Part shown: one piece after another, positions 38,091 through 53,358 of the stretch
How positions within the stretch are numbered: position 1 is the stretch's first letter
Layout: every line of letters starts with the position of its first letter
Source: Adineta vaga
Lineage: Eukaryota; Animalia; Rotifera
Direction of reading: 5' to 3'
Assembly (NCBI GenBank): GCA_021613535.1
Contig: CP075496.1
Location: 7,316,001 to 7,380,000 of the forward strand
Length of the DNA: 64,000 nt
The notes under the pieces: generated by a model
What the model was told of the DNA's origin: nothing
Seen by the model: the letters and a program-made list of their open reading frames with translations, nothing else
Databases searched by the model: none
Program-made: the position numbers and the translations under genes

Positions 38091-39879
38091 TTATTGAGTA
38101 TAATTATGATAAGATTCTTGATTGTTAGTAATTACAGTCGATGCGAAGTATTCTGCATGATAATTTTGTGAATGTAGTGTCACTATAAGAAAAAAACTAG
38201 ATAGTCATTCAGTTAAAAGTGATTATCGTACGATAATTAGATGTAGAAGATTGTTGATCATAATAATTGTATGGATATTGTACAGGAGGACGTGATAGTG
38301 TACCTTGATCATTGAAACTTATTGATTCTGATGAATGATATTGAATATTTGCTTGTGGATAAGAATTACCGTAAGATGAATAGGAATAATCATGATTATT
38401 ATCTTGATCATGAGTTGTACGTATACGTTTAGTGTTAGGTTCATCTAAAGAATTGGAATTTTTCATTAACTGTATTTGAAATAGATTTGAGTATTGATTA
38501 TCTGGATCAAAAGCACCAAAAATATTCGTAGATGTTGATTGATTGAATGTTTGATTTGATTGCATTAATTGAGACTGAAGTGGACGTTTGGAAATGTTAT
38601 ATGAATCACGAAATCTCGGAAACTTTTGACGAATCTTAAATATTGAAATAAAATAAAGATATATTTTCCTAAATGAATACATTTACTTGATGATTTTGTT
38701 GTTTAAATGATCTTTTCGCCATGGGATTATGTATAGCACTTTTGATATGCTAAATGAAAAACTTTTTCGCTGAAAAATAGTCATATAAAATAATTCATAC
38801 ATTAATAAGTTCTATTTTTTTAACAAATTTTTTGTCACATCGTTTACATTCATAATAATATTCAGGATCTTTTTGATCTATCTGTGATATTTCATAGTTC
38901 TTAAAATTGATCTGTAATGCCATTGCTTGCTTGTGGCAATAAGCTAGTGATCAACAAAACAAATTTGCATGAAACGAATGAGATTTACAAATATGAATTT
39001 ACCTTCTTCTGTTGCTCGTCGCTTGTGATCTTTTTGAGCTAGATGTGCGATTAATTTTGCTTCAGTAGTAAATTTTATACAACAAACTTCACAAAATCTT
39101 GATGACGAAGAATTTTCGATATTGGTATCAGGATTTGGTTGTATAGGATTGGACGTCTAAACGATTAGAATCTCTTATTAATTCAATTTTTTCTCATCAA
39201 AATAAAGTAAAATATCAGTGATAGTTTTGAATAGTTAAACGAAATTGAGTTAAAGATTCGCTAAGCGAAAATATGATTAATTTTAGTTTAGTAGTTAAGT
39301 GTATTGTCGATAAACATACAGCGCGAAGTTGAAGTTTTTGATGTTTTTTTCCCTTGAAATGATTATCAAGTGTCGCTTGACTACTGCATGTGATATTACA
39401 TAAGTCACACATGAAACCTTTCGGAGCTGAGGATGTTGGTGTAAACTTTCTTTCGGACAAAGAATCATCTGATATTTTACTTTCATTAGATTGCATTATC
39501 AATTCGGTTTTGCTCGAACAAAAGTCGTCATAAGTTGGCTGCTTATAATCAGGATTTTGCTAAAAAAGAACAAACGAAATTAAAAATCAATCAATACGTA
39601 GAAAAGATTATTCTTACAAGAAGCATTTTCTTATATGCTTTTGCATGTCGTTTACCTTGAATATGATCCTTATAATTTGATGGACTATTCAGAAATGCTC
39701 CACATAGATCACATATCACTCCATGTTGAGTATGTGCTGTATCAGTCGAAGCTTGCTCATACTTGTTTGTGTTATTGATAAAATATTGATTGTTGATGTC
39801 TATTGAAAAAGGAGAACACAGTTTTTGTATTATTTTAAAAGAATAAGAAAAATGATCCTACCGTGGATGGATCAACCAT
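38091..39879 (-). CDS. Multi U1/matrin-type C2H2 zinc-finger protein (ZMAT/ZNF385-like); 5' end uncertain
   Basis: Spaced fingers ICDLCGAFLNSPSNYKDHIQGKRH, MCDLCNITCSSQATLDNHFKGKKH, FCEVCCIKFTTEAKLIAHLAQKDH and a fourth CKRC finger; S/N/Y-rich tail. Confidence 0.65.
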
Positions 39880-40185
39880 TGTTCTATGTCTGTTGTCGAA
39901 GGAAATTGTGTCTAAAATATTTTCGATAAAATCAAATCATTCTTCTATTCGTGTAAATATGTGTATTTGAAATTTTTCTTTTATTTCTTTAGAATAAAAG
40001 CCCGAGCAACTACAATATTAATTGAAGAATACTGATTTAAATAGACAGAAAAAAAAACAAAGAAATGGACGGATGAAATTAAACATACAGATATGCACAT
40101 CAGTTGCATTCATTCAGATTTGAATATGAAAAGAAAACGAATAGAACAATCTAATCGAACAGAAAAAATAAATCGTAAGTCATTT

Positions 40186-40997
40186 TTAGAATTCAACACC
40201 ATATTTATCAAAATCACGAACAACAATATGTAAACGTAAATGAACTTTGCCCATAGATACTGTTCGTAATTTATAAAGTTCAGCACTTGATGAAACCAAA
40301 TCAGGATTCTGAAATAAAGTTAAAATGATCTCTATAGTTTTATCTCTTTCTCTCTGATACTTCAACCATTGCCTGTTACAACTTACTTTCAATTGTGAAC
40401 TACCACCAATGAATTGTGTTTTAAGTTCTTCAATCAGCGTACCTTTGGGTCTCCATGTTACACATTCAATTTCATGAAAACCTGGACTAACTGGTATATG
40501 ACAAAAACCGTAACTATATAATTCATTACGTCCATATGAATCTTGATGCCATACTTGAAACTAAAAAATCATATAGAAAATAATCATTCATTATATAACT
40601 GGAACCTAAATATGACCACGTACGTGAAATTTTGGCCAGCCTATAAAGAAAAAAATATATATAATAAGACTTTATACAAAACATCGATGTTCGTTACGCT
40701 TCAATAATCGTACAGAAAGAATGTATTTCTATTTGCTTACATCATTTTATGTACCGAATAGGTCTCTCACAATATTTTCTTACCTTGTAAACCTTTCGTA
40801 GCAAAATGAAGATCAATAGGATGACACCAGTTGGCAACTGGTTCATCCGATGGATCATCAACTTGTGTTTGCCCTTCGTGATCACCTTGTAACACACGCC
40901 AAGCACTTCCCATTTGTACCTTCCATTTACAAAAAAGACTTGCTTCAGGAAAGCCACTTCCACCAACGATTTGTCCAATTACATGTACTTCGGCCAT
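40186..40997 (-). CDS. B9D2: B9 domain-containing protein 2 (ciliary transition zone)
   Basis: [21 protein letters not shown]...EGQTQVD...[15 protein letters not shown]|GWPKFH (17-nt microexon 40640-40624)|[11 protein letters not shown]...[10 protein letters not shown]. Confidence 0.95.
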
Positions 40998-41382
40998 AAT
41001 TTATTTGATAAAATAGAATAGATGATTCAATAAAACGGACGTAGGAGATTGAAGTAGACAGACAGACAGTTACCATCCACTCTCAATTGGTTGCTATCGA
41101 CTGACATTCTAATCAGGTATCAAACCTCCATAGGTGCTCACGACATCTTTCGTCAACAAGTAAGAGCAAGTAATGCTGATTTTGTTTTAGTTTTAGTAGT
41201 ATACTTAAGTTTAACTTCATGCCGTCTAAGTTGATCAAGTTAATCAATTCAAATCTATCTCTTCGTTTACAGTAGTATACATATGATTATTCCTTTCAAA
41301 TGCAGACAAATTATTTCAAAATCTTGTAGAAACTAATTTTATTACAATAATATTGGTGATAAAAAAAAGTCTTTCTTTCATT

Positions 41383-44129
41383 CTAACATCGTCGAAATAT
41401 TGGAATATCTTCGATAGTGACTGGATATGTATGTGTTTGATGTCCATCATAAATATGTTCTGTTTGAATACATGTCCATCTTCCTTGTGGTAAATAAATT
41501 TTTAATTCATCAACGTTTTCTTCCAAAACAGGTGCAATAAGTAAATCATTTCCTAACATGTATTCATTATCACAGATTTGTGCTTTCATATCATAAGGAT
41601 CATAAAACCACAACGGTCGAATCATGGGTGTACCATATTGTACACATTCTTCAGCTGTTGATAATAGAATTGAGCGAAAACGTTCACGAATTTGAAGACA
41701 TTTATGTGCTATACGAATTACTTGTTCATCGTTATAAAGCCATGGTGGAAAAGAAAATTGAATTGCTGGCAAAAGAACATTCAGTTGAAGCCAGCGTATA
41801 TACAATTCACGTTGTGGTAAACGTGTTTGAGATATTGTTAGACCATATCCATTACCACCAACCTATGTTCAAAAACAACGATTACTAAATTATCTGAGAG
41901 CGAGAACTCACTGATCTACAGATGAACGATGTTTCTTATACTATGATATTATGATACTTCTCGAAGAATAATATGCTTCTTTCAATGATACTATTATCAT
42001 CAATATTTTGTTAGAAGAAGTAATGTAAATAAAGAGATTATTTTACTTGATTGACTTTAATAATCAGAAGAAGTTTATTAGGTTGATTAGTCTATAATTA
42101 TAAATTCTTCTATAAAAAGACAAACCTCTTGACCGTGTATCAATTAGAATCTTTTTTCCGTAGAAAATATATACCAAATGTATCTATTCTCAATGCTTTA
42201 CTTACCATATCAGGTAGAATAAATGGATAACCAAGAAGACTTAAATTAAAGATACTTGGTAGTAATGATCTTAGACCATTTTTATATGACCAATGTGAAT
42301 CTTTATCAATAATTCGAACAAACATCGGTAAATGTTGCGTACGATATCCAACACGTACTTCCTGTAAACGATTATTTGGATCCATTTGATGAGCAAGTTG
42401 TGCAAATAGATGTGAATAAATTGCAGGACTAGTAGCTGAAGTTATTTTATCTGTTATGATAGATGTGCAAGATGAATTTGCAAATGAACCAAAGATTGGT
42501 AGCCAATTGACTTCGCCAGCATCAAATTTAAAACTATCAATATTATAAAGTTTTTGTAAACGTTGAAGATTTGAATTATATTCTTGTCGAGTGGAGTCAT
42601 TAGTTAGATCTAAAACACCGGCAAGACCATTCCACCATAATGAAATACCGGGGAATGAAGGTAAAAATTGTTGATGAATGTATTTCATGATGAAAATAAA
42701 TGGTTGAAATACAGGATTACATAGGAAATCATCAAAAACAAGTTGAAGAAAGCGACTTCGTTCAACAATTGAATCAATCAGTGTGGGGAGAATATTCATA
42801 TTAATTAATAAACCACGACGCCAATAATCAATGAACTGAAATGATTTACAAGATAAAAATGGATGAATCCAGAATGTAACTCGAAAATTAAGTTCTTTTA
42901 ATTTTTCTATCATTTGTTTTGGATCAGGAAATTTTGTTGTATCAAAATCTAATACACCCTAATAAGAATACACAAAGTTTATTCTTGTTCAAAAATATCA
43001 AATCTTACATAATGTGGTGTCCAATCATCATCAATACATATTTGTGAACGTGGAAAATTTCGTCGTACGATTTCTTCTGCATAATTCAAAACCTTTTCAG
43101 TATTAATATTTTGTTTAAATTGTGCCCATGTTGACCAAATAGGATCTGTTATCATACGAGGATTCGGTATGTCCGTTGGTTTTCCTAAATAACGATTGAT
43201 CATAGTTAAATGTAAATCACGCATATTAACATGTTGTAAAAGTTTATATTGAAATTGATGAGAATGAAATGTGGATTGTCGATAAGGTGTTCGATATTCA
43301 GATATTAATTGAAGATGTTTCTTATTCATTGATACAAATAATGGTACGAGTGGATCAATAAATAGTGCTAAACCAAGTGATGATAACCAATAGCGTTCAC
43401 AAACACTTCCGAACATATTTCTAAAAAGATAATTTCCTAAAATAATATTAATTTCCGATACTATTTACTTATAAGCATCATTAGGAATCATTGCTTGACA
43501 TTTAGTAACAAATTGATTGATAGGCCAATAGATTGTTCGTTGCGTAGCACCACCATACCAATATCCACTATCAATCAAATTAAATTTATCATCAAAACGT
43601 ATACGATAGGATGGACTAGACCATAGAAATGTATATTCATGTACAAAATATGTTCGTTTGGATTGACAACTTCAAAAATATAAAATTTCACGATGGAGAA
43701 GAACGAAGAACTACAGAAGTAGTTGTCTCACCTTTGTTGTTCTAAATACTCGTGTTTAATTATCAAATGGATATTTGATTTAGCAAAACTAATATCAATC
43801 TGTTCATCTTGTATGTCTAAATGACTTATTCGATATCGTCGTCCATTCAGTTGCGCTAATTCAATCAATTGTTTTTCTAATGGTGATATTTGTATATTTA
43901 AAAGAATGATTCCACTATTGGAGATTTGAAATGACAAAGTATGAAATAAGAATGAACGATTTTGTAATTTTATATTGATCTCATGTTCGCTTTGAGAACG
44001 ACGTCGAACAACGAACCAATAATACCAAATAAAAAATGCACAGATCAAACCAACAACAATAATGGATAGAAGAGTTGAATAAATGAAAAGTCGAAAACCA
44101 AACCATAACCAACCTCGTACATCTGTCAT
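41383..44129 (-). CDS. MYORG: Type II membrane GH31 glycosidase, MYORG-like
   Basis: N-terminal TM helix; WYGG..YWPI, ERYWLSS, PIWSTWAQFK, IDDDW, nucleophile FKFDAGE, RIIDKDSHW, GYPFILPDM, LYIRWLQL, IRPLW. Confidence 0.85.
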
Positions 44130-44914
44130 CGTTTCTTTTTTTAAATGTTGTATTTAATCATCTAGTTCTTTTTTACTGTGTGTATGTCAGTATTTTTTCT
44201 TATCACCACTCGGATGTTGAATCTGTAAAACACATAGTTTCAAAGGTCGAAGTCTATAGTTTTATCTGTGAATAAGTTTTTTAAAAATAGGTTTTTTTTC
44301 GTTCATTATTTTTGCTGCAGACTTTTTCTGATGTGTATATGCTGAAAAGAAAGAGATAGAAAGAACGAAAGAAGGCTAAGAGAAAGAAGAAGAAAGAAAA
44401 TGAAGGACAAAAAAATGTGTGTATGACGCGATTGATAATATGAGAGTAAAGCTGTTCTTTCCTAGATGATCAAATGAACAACACACACACACACTTACAA
44501 ACACAAATTTATATATTTATATATAGAACAGCGATATAAGTGAGAGAAATCCACACAAACACGCACATAAGGGAGGTTTAGGTCCCAGGCAATGAGGAAA
44601 GAAAAAAATAGTGTACAAAAGCATGTTGAAAAACGAAAAAAGATGCAGCGGTGAGGACACACACACTAAAGCCGAATGGGTGATTTTTTTTATTCATCAC
44701 ACAAACAGGTTGTTCATACTATGATGATATATCTTAATACAATAACAATAAATATTCTTCTTGGTGATGGTGTTATTAGTCTCTCGTCGGTATATAAGAA
44801 GAATTAAAGAATTAAAAGAAGCCACTGATACACTGACACACACACACGCACACATATATATATATACGACAAGAATGAAGAGAAAAAGAAAGAGAAAATT
44901 AACGAGAATGTCGT

Positions 44915-46750
<1,836 letters not shown>

Positions 46751-48109
46751 CTCAATAAAATGGGAAGATTTGCTTGAAAATTTTCAAATTCGTTTAGACG
46801 GACGATTGTACACAGGAGAAAGAAAAAAGGATTGGTCTTAGAGAAAAATCCGTTTTTCTCTCATATTGATTTTTAAATACATAAAGATTAATAAACAAGA
46901 TGAGAGATGTTGAGATCTAGAAAAAAACAACAAACAAAAGATAATTTTTTTGTCAATAAATTGATAGTTAAGACAAAAGAAAAAGATAAAAAAAGAGGAA
47001 TGACATATGATCTATTTATTCATCGTTTTTCTAGACATCATCTTTCAGTATGTATCGTGTGGGTGTCTTTGCGTTGCTTGCTTGTTTCGCCTTACTTTAC
47101 TTGTCGATGGGTGATGATCAGAAAAACGCCATACCGGTGGTAGTAGAGCAGCCGAGGTCAACAAACAAGAAAATTTTCTTTTTTTATAAAATTTATTTCA
47201 ACAAAACTATTCATTTTGAAGATAAGAAAAATTTTTTCATCAAAATTACCTATGATATTATCTAGAATATGTAGATGGCATTATTATCGATTCGATAAGA
47301 TATTAGCGTCATCTGTGCATCATAGAAAACATTCATTAAACTATCATCTACGGTGGATATAACGTAAACATTTCGAATTCTAGGATGTGATGTTTTATTA
47401 TCAGAAACAAATGTTCATTTATGGAATCGCAAAAGTTTTTCTCTGAAAAACAAAAAATGCTTGATGTGTCCTATCACATAAGCAGACGATAAACATAGTT
47501 ATCTACGTACAACAGGATCGGGTTAAATAGTTTGACGTTATCGAACATATATATCAGTTTTTTGCTATTTACAGCAATTCATCGACTATATATTACATTA
47601 CCTTAAATACTTATTTTGTCGCATCTGATTAGTAGTAGGTTTGAATATGAAAAATCGATTGAATTCATTTATATAGTTGTTCTTTGCAATTTAAGAGTAT
47701 AATAAACCTTCGCGTTCATCACATTTTCTTCCTCTACATCAATCTTGAGACATATATATGTATATATATTCAAGCATGAAACAATTAAGATCCCAATATG
47801 AATATTCAGATGTGTTAAAGAAAAAGTAAATAATCAGATCTTTTGTTGTGATTATGATGAAATTAAATAAAAAAGTATACCTATCGACCGAGGAGATCAG
47901 CAAAGTGAACTTTAATATTCACACGTAAAATATTTCATTAAAATGTCAAAGTGTCAAAGTCTTTAGATTTTTTATATTATTTTTTTTGACCTTTTATATG
48001 CGGGAAAAGAGAGAACAAGAATTCATAAGTTTTGTAAGATTTATTTATATACAAAGTTATTGAAAATCATTCTGATTAAAAGAAAACAACTGAGTTTATT
48101 CGTTGTAAT

Positions 48110-49924
48110 TTATTTTTTGCCACCAGTAATACGACGTTGTGGTGACTTATCGTTTCGTTTGCCAGTTGTTAATTGCGCATTAGTATCATAAGGATTCGGT
48201 GGTGCACGAATACCACGTGAAAGACGTTGCTAAAAAGAGATGAGTATTGAAGACAGAAGTTAATATTTTTGAGTAACTTACTCGTTCTTGATAACGACGT
48301 TCATAAAAATCTAATTCAGATTCACCAGGTCGTCGCATTTGTGATCGTGCTTCTGCACCTTTTAAAATAAATATAGAACACTTTCATCATGTCTAACAAA
48401 AAACATTGCTTTCTATTTACTATTAGGATCATGAGATGCATGCGAACGAAGTATGGGATGATCCATGGCAGTTATTGGTTGATTAAGAAATTCATCGTCA
48501 GGCCGACCTGTAAAAGACATAATAGTTCTTGTTAGGATAAAGATTAAGAAAAGAGATGTTAGTCTCTACCTCGTCCGCTTGGATCCAATCTAAGATAGCC
48601 TTCAGCTAATGAACTGAATCCCGTCAAACCACCCATTGCTTTATAGGGTGTTGCATAACCTGTTGGATGACCTCGTTGTTCTCTTTCATCTTTTGTCTCG
48701 ACTAGAGTTATATGTTTATTTGCTGATTCACCACATGTACATGTAAATGGAGCAGAAAAACCAGTACAATTACAATCTATTCACGATTTAAAGCATACAT
48801 CTATTTCAATAGAGAAAGCTCCTTCAATACTTTTTTGACATTTGTATGGTGGTCTATTAGTGTGATTGTCGAGAGAATGTTTACAACGACAATTTGGATC
48901 ACTTGTACCGGATGCATTAGCTACATATTCAAAGGAAACACAACGACAACCTGATTGACGACATGAAATAAGTATGGGTCGTTCTGTTGGAATTTCAGCA
49001 AAATCTGTTCTATGTTCAGAAAATCTAAACAAAAACATATCCACATACACAGAAGAGTTTAGTTTTTCGAAAGATAATTTACTTATGTCGACAAAGACAT
49101 TTATGCTGAGGTCCAATTAAGATACAGTCCATACCTTGAGGATTTACCCATGACACATATAACCGATTGCGAAGACGCTAAATATAATTCAATATAAATA
49201 TGTTCAGATATTCTACTAGAATCTTCTTCTCATCGCTAACGATTTTCAAGAACAAGAATAAAAACATTTGACGACATATCTGTATAAGAAGAAATTACAT
49301 GCACACAAATTTCATCTTCGAAATAAAACGAAAGTCTAAATTAGTTCAAATCGTAGTCAAACAATATCTTTATCAACCGTTTGAATTGCTTAGTCCTTAT
49401 TTCAAATGTACTTTTCATGACAAAAACAAACATCTCGATTAAAAAAGCTTTTACTGCATACTACATTTATGCAAGATTATCTCGACTATTTTGTCCTTAT
49501 CAATGACATTAATAAGCTTTACAAAACATTGCATGCAACAAGATGCATATCACAGTAAAAACGTCACGTTATAGCTAATATGGATTCACATTTCAACGTA
49601 CCCTAGATAATCTGAAAAATCTAAATTATGTCTTCAAATTCGACTGCATAGTTCCTTTTTTCTTGAGTTTCAAAAGTTTTCTCTTACCATTGGTAAAACA
49701 CGTTTCTTATAGTCTTCATATTCTTCGGGAGAAAATACTTGTCCTCCGTCATCATCACCGACAATTCTATGTCAAAAGAGACAATGATTAAAATAGTTCA
49801 TTTTTTTGCATTAAAACTATGTTGCTTACGCTCGATATTCAAAATAAGCATCAACATCAGCTGCTGCATGTGATGGTAAATTAATATATTCACCAGGAGC
49901 ACGTCTAGGTTCTCGCCCAGCCAT
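48110..49924 (-). CDS. FAM221A: FAM221A-like Cys-rich protein
   Basis: AAADVDAYFEYR|RIVGDDDGGQVFSPEEYEDYKKRVLP, CILIGPQHKCLCRH, CRCKH, FTCTCG, YKAMGGLTGFSSLAEGYLRLDPSG. Confidence 0.85.
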
Positions 49925-49979
49925 ATTAATAATCAATGAAAGCGATAAATGAAAATAGATATTTTCTCGTCTCGTTTCT

Positions 49980-49992
49980 GTATCTAAACAAC
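49980..49992 (-). promoter_or_regulatory. X-box (RFX)-like motif GTTGTTTAGATAC upstream of FAM221A
   Basis: Resembles the RFX consensus GTTNYY-N(0-3)-RRNAAC/AC and lies about 55 bp from the ATG. Confidence 0.35.
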
Positions 49993-50229
49993 CGATTTTA
50001 GCTAACATTTTCAAAAGATGTCGCTAATGAAAATGTTTTTCTCAAAAATCTTTATTAAAATAGTCCTCAAAAACTAAGTTCACAAGTTTTAACACGAACA
50101 GAATTTTTTATTTTCAAACTTTATTTGTATTGTAGGTCCTTGAGATGTCGCTTCCAAAGATTCCATTTTGCTTACCTTACTACACCACACCCTTTGCATT
50201 CAATCACAATCCTGTATCTTGAAACTACG

Positions 50230-52167
50230 ATGAAATCTCAAGCAGTTCTTCGTCTATGTTCTTCAACAACTCGTTATAATCCATCCGTTTGTACTGGTGC
50301 TGCGAATTTATATCAAGTAAAAATGATTTAAATACATACGTTAGTTACCCGTATATTATTTATTTGACTCTTTTTTTCTTTCATAAAAGTCTCGACGATG
50401 GATTAGTTTACATGAATACCAAAGCAAAAAAATTCTTCATGAAAATAATCTCAATGTTCAACGTTTTCAAGTTGTGGAAAATCCACAAGAAGCTAAACGT
50501 GCAGGCGAAGAATTAAGTTTGTTAAAGCTATTGATGGTTGACTTTGTTTTGAAATAATACTATTTTCTTTCCAGTGAAAACAATCGCCAAGGAATTAGTT
50601 ATAAAAGCTCAAGTTTTAGCTGGCGGTCGTGGAAAAGGTACATTTGATAGTGGATTAAAAGGTGGTGTTCGACTTACTAAAGAGTAAGTTGAAGAATATT
50701 ATATTCCAAAAATAAATATTAGAAGAATTCGGTATTTTTTAGTCCAGTTGAATGCGGTAATTTAGTTAAACAAATGGTTAAACATCGTCTTGTAACCAAA
50801 CAAACACCACCAGAAGGTGTTGAAGTTCAAAAGGTTAGATTGATTATTCAAAAAAATATTACTACATTGTTTTATTTTGGTTTGTTTTAGGTTATGGTTG
50901 CTGAAGCCTTAGATATTGCTCGTGAAACATATTTAGCTATTTTACTCGATCGTGCCTATGGTGGTGCAGTTCTCATGGGTTCACCGATGGGCGGTGTTGA
51001 TATCGAAGAAGTTGCAGAAAAACATCCTGAACAAATATTTACTGTAAGACAAATTTGATCGATTTTCTAAAAGATGAATTTTGTTGAATATTTTTAGACA
51101 GCTATTGATCCCAAAACCGGTATGAATAAAGGACAAGCTTTAGATATGGCTAAAAAACTTGGATTCAAAGATAAATTAGCTGATGAAGTATGTTTATTGT
51201 ATAACTTTATTTCTTTTCATACTATCTTATTGAATAGGCTGCGGATCAAATTATGAAATTATACAAACTATTTTTAAAATATGATTGTACACAAATCGGT
51301 AAACATTGTTAACTATCGTATAGTTTCATTTGTAATGATTTTTCTTCTTGTAGAAATTAATCCATTTGGTGAAACACCAGATAAACGAGGTAATTCACGA
51401 TAAGAGAAAATTTTGAGATAGAAAATGGAACTTTCTCTTTCATTTAGTGATTAATTTTGATGCAAAATTGAGTTTCGATGATAATGCAAAATTTCGTCAA
51501 GCAAATGTCTTCGATATGGAAGATACAAGTGAAAGTGATCAACGTGAAGTTGAAGCAACACGAGCCGGCTTGAATTATATTGGTTTACAAGGAAATATTG
51601 GTTGTCTTGGTATGTAATAAACAGCAAATATTTCTTTAAAATTTATCATTTTCTTTTTGTATAGTCAATGGTGCTGGTCTAGCTATGGCAACTATGGATA
51701 TCATTAAATTACATGGTGGACAACCAGCTAATTTCCTTGATGTTGGAGGTAAATATAGCGATAACAATTATAATTCTATCCAATTTGTTACGATTATATT
51801 TTTTTTAATGTTAGGTGGTGTCAAAGAAGAACAAGTACTTGATGCTTTTAAAATTTTATTCAATGATAATCAAGTAAAATATCTTTCTTATCTAAATATG
51901 CAAATTTTAATTCGTAAAACCCTTTAGGTTAAAGCTGTTCTTGTCAATATCTTTGGTGGTATTGTTAATTGTGCTATCATTGCTAATGGAATTGAAAAAG
52001 CTTGTAAAAAACTTGGCTTAAAAATTCCTCTTGTCGTTCGTCTTCAAGGTACAAATATGGATGAAGCTCGTCGTATACTCAATCAAAGTTCATTTCCTAT
52101 CACAGCTGAAAATGACTTTGAAAAAGCAGCACAAAAAGTTGTTTCATTAGTGAAGAATAGCAAATAA
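50230..52167 (+). CDS. SUCLG2: Succinyl-CoA ligase [GDP-forming] beta subunit, mitochondrial (many short introns)
   Basis: [114 protein letters not shown]. Confidence 0.93.
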
Positions 52168-52547
52168 ATATGCCTTTCGAAAAGACTTGATTTTTTGTCT
52201 GGTAGATTATTATTTTCTTCTTTTTCTCCATCTTATATTCTTTATATAGATATGTTGTTGAGATACATTATATTACTATCTTTTCTTCTTTTGCTCCTTT
52301 ATATTTTCAACAACAACATGAAGTTTTTTTTTTAAAATAAAAACCTTTGAGCTGACCGTGGATTGAATCAACTGTGTTAACATATTTGAATATATCTTAT
52401 AATACTCTATTTTTGTATTAAGAAAACAAATCTTGCAATAGTTTTTCAAAAGAATTTTTGACTAAACTTCAATTCGTTTTACATCGTGATAAATAGAAAC
52501 ACAGACATACACGATGTTAAAACTTTCAATGAATTTGTTTTTGTTGT

Positions 52548-53294
52548 TTAATGTTGAAGTGTCATGAGCCATCTTTCATGTTTTTTACTATACGGTCGTC
52601 GGGTTTGACCATTTTCAATTAAACTTAATTTTGCTTCGTGCACAACAGCACCTAAACTTAATTGTAAATCCACCATACGTTTTAATGGTCGAACAATATC
52701 ATCGAATAATGTTGGTTTATCTCTTTCCGTGCAACGTAAAGCATAAGCAATCGTTTCTAATGTTGACGCTGTTTCTTTCGTCGGTTGTGTTCGAATAACA
52801 AATTCCGATTTTTGATCAATTTTAACATAACATGTCTTTAATTCTTGTAATTCACTATGACGATGATAGATACCCATTGCTTCATTCCACGTTCCATCAA
52901 GTGCTATGATTGTAAAATGATTCGTTTCTTGAATAATATCATCTAATAGAACAGCATTTGCATTAGGAAAAAGTAAATAAGTATTTGGATTTGAATAAAT
53001 ATCGGAAAAATGTTTTCGTGGAAATTGTCGAGCACGTACAACAGTTAATGATGATGGATCGAGACATTTTGAAAGTATTTGAACAGTACCTAACGGTCGT
53101 TTGATTTCATTTGGATGTTGAAAAATTACAACCGATGTATGATCGAGATGAATAGGTTCTGGTGGTAAATGAGAACAAAGACAAACTAATTCCGGTCGTT
53201 CACAACGAGTACATATTGATCGTTTGGGACCGTTCCATTCTTTTTCAGATAAATCATCATCTAATTCAGCAAGAAATGCTTCATTATCATTCAT
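52548..53294 (-). CDS. DTWD2: tRNA-uridine aminocarboxypropyltransferase (DTW domain), intronless
   Basis: CTRCERPELVCLC, IFQHPNE, LLFP, IIALDGTWNEA, FVIRTQP..ASTLE. Confidence 0.9.
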   Translation of the reverse strand: MNDNEAFLAELDDDLSEKEWNGPKRSICTRCERPELVCLCSHLPPEPIHLDHTSVVIFQHPNEIKRPLGTVQILSKCLDPSSLTVVRARQFPRKHFSDIYSNPNTYLLFPNANAVLLDDIIQETNHFTIIALDGTWNEAMGIYHRHSELQELKTCYVKIDQKSEFVIRTQPTKETASTLETIAYALRCTERDKPTLFDDIVRPLKRMVDLQLSLGAVVHEAKLSLIENGQTRRPYSKKHERWLMTLQH

Positions 53295-53358
53295 CTAAAA
53301 ATTAACGAAAAGAAAAACAGATAAACGAAGGAAAAGAGATGACAAATAGTTTGTTTAG

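Noticed and set aside
53291-53294. Prokaryote-like ATGA stop/start overlap between ORFs 53291-54148 and 52548-53294
   Set aside because: It arises only by reading through the ELP6 intron; the spliced ELP6 stops at 53359.
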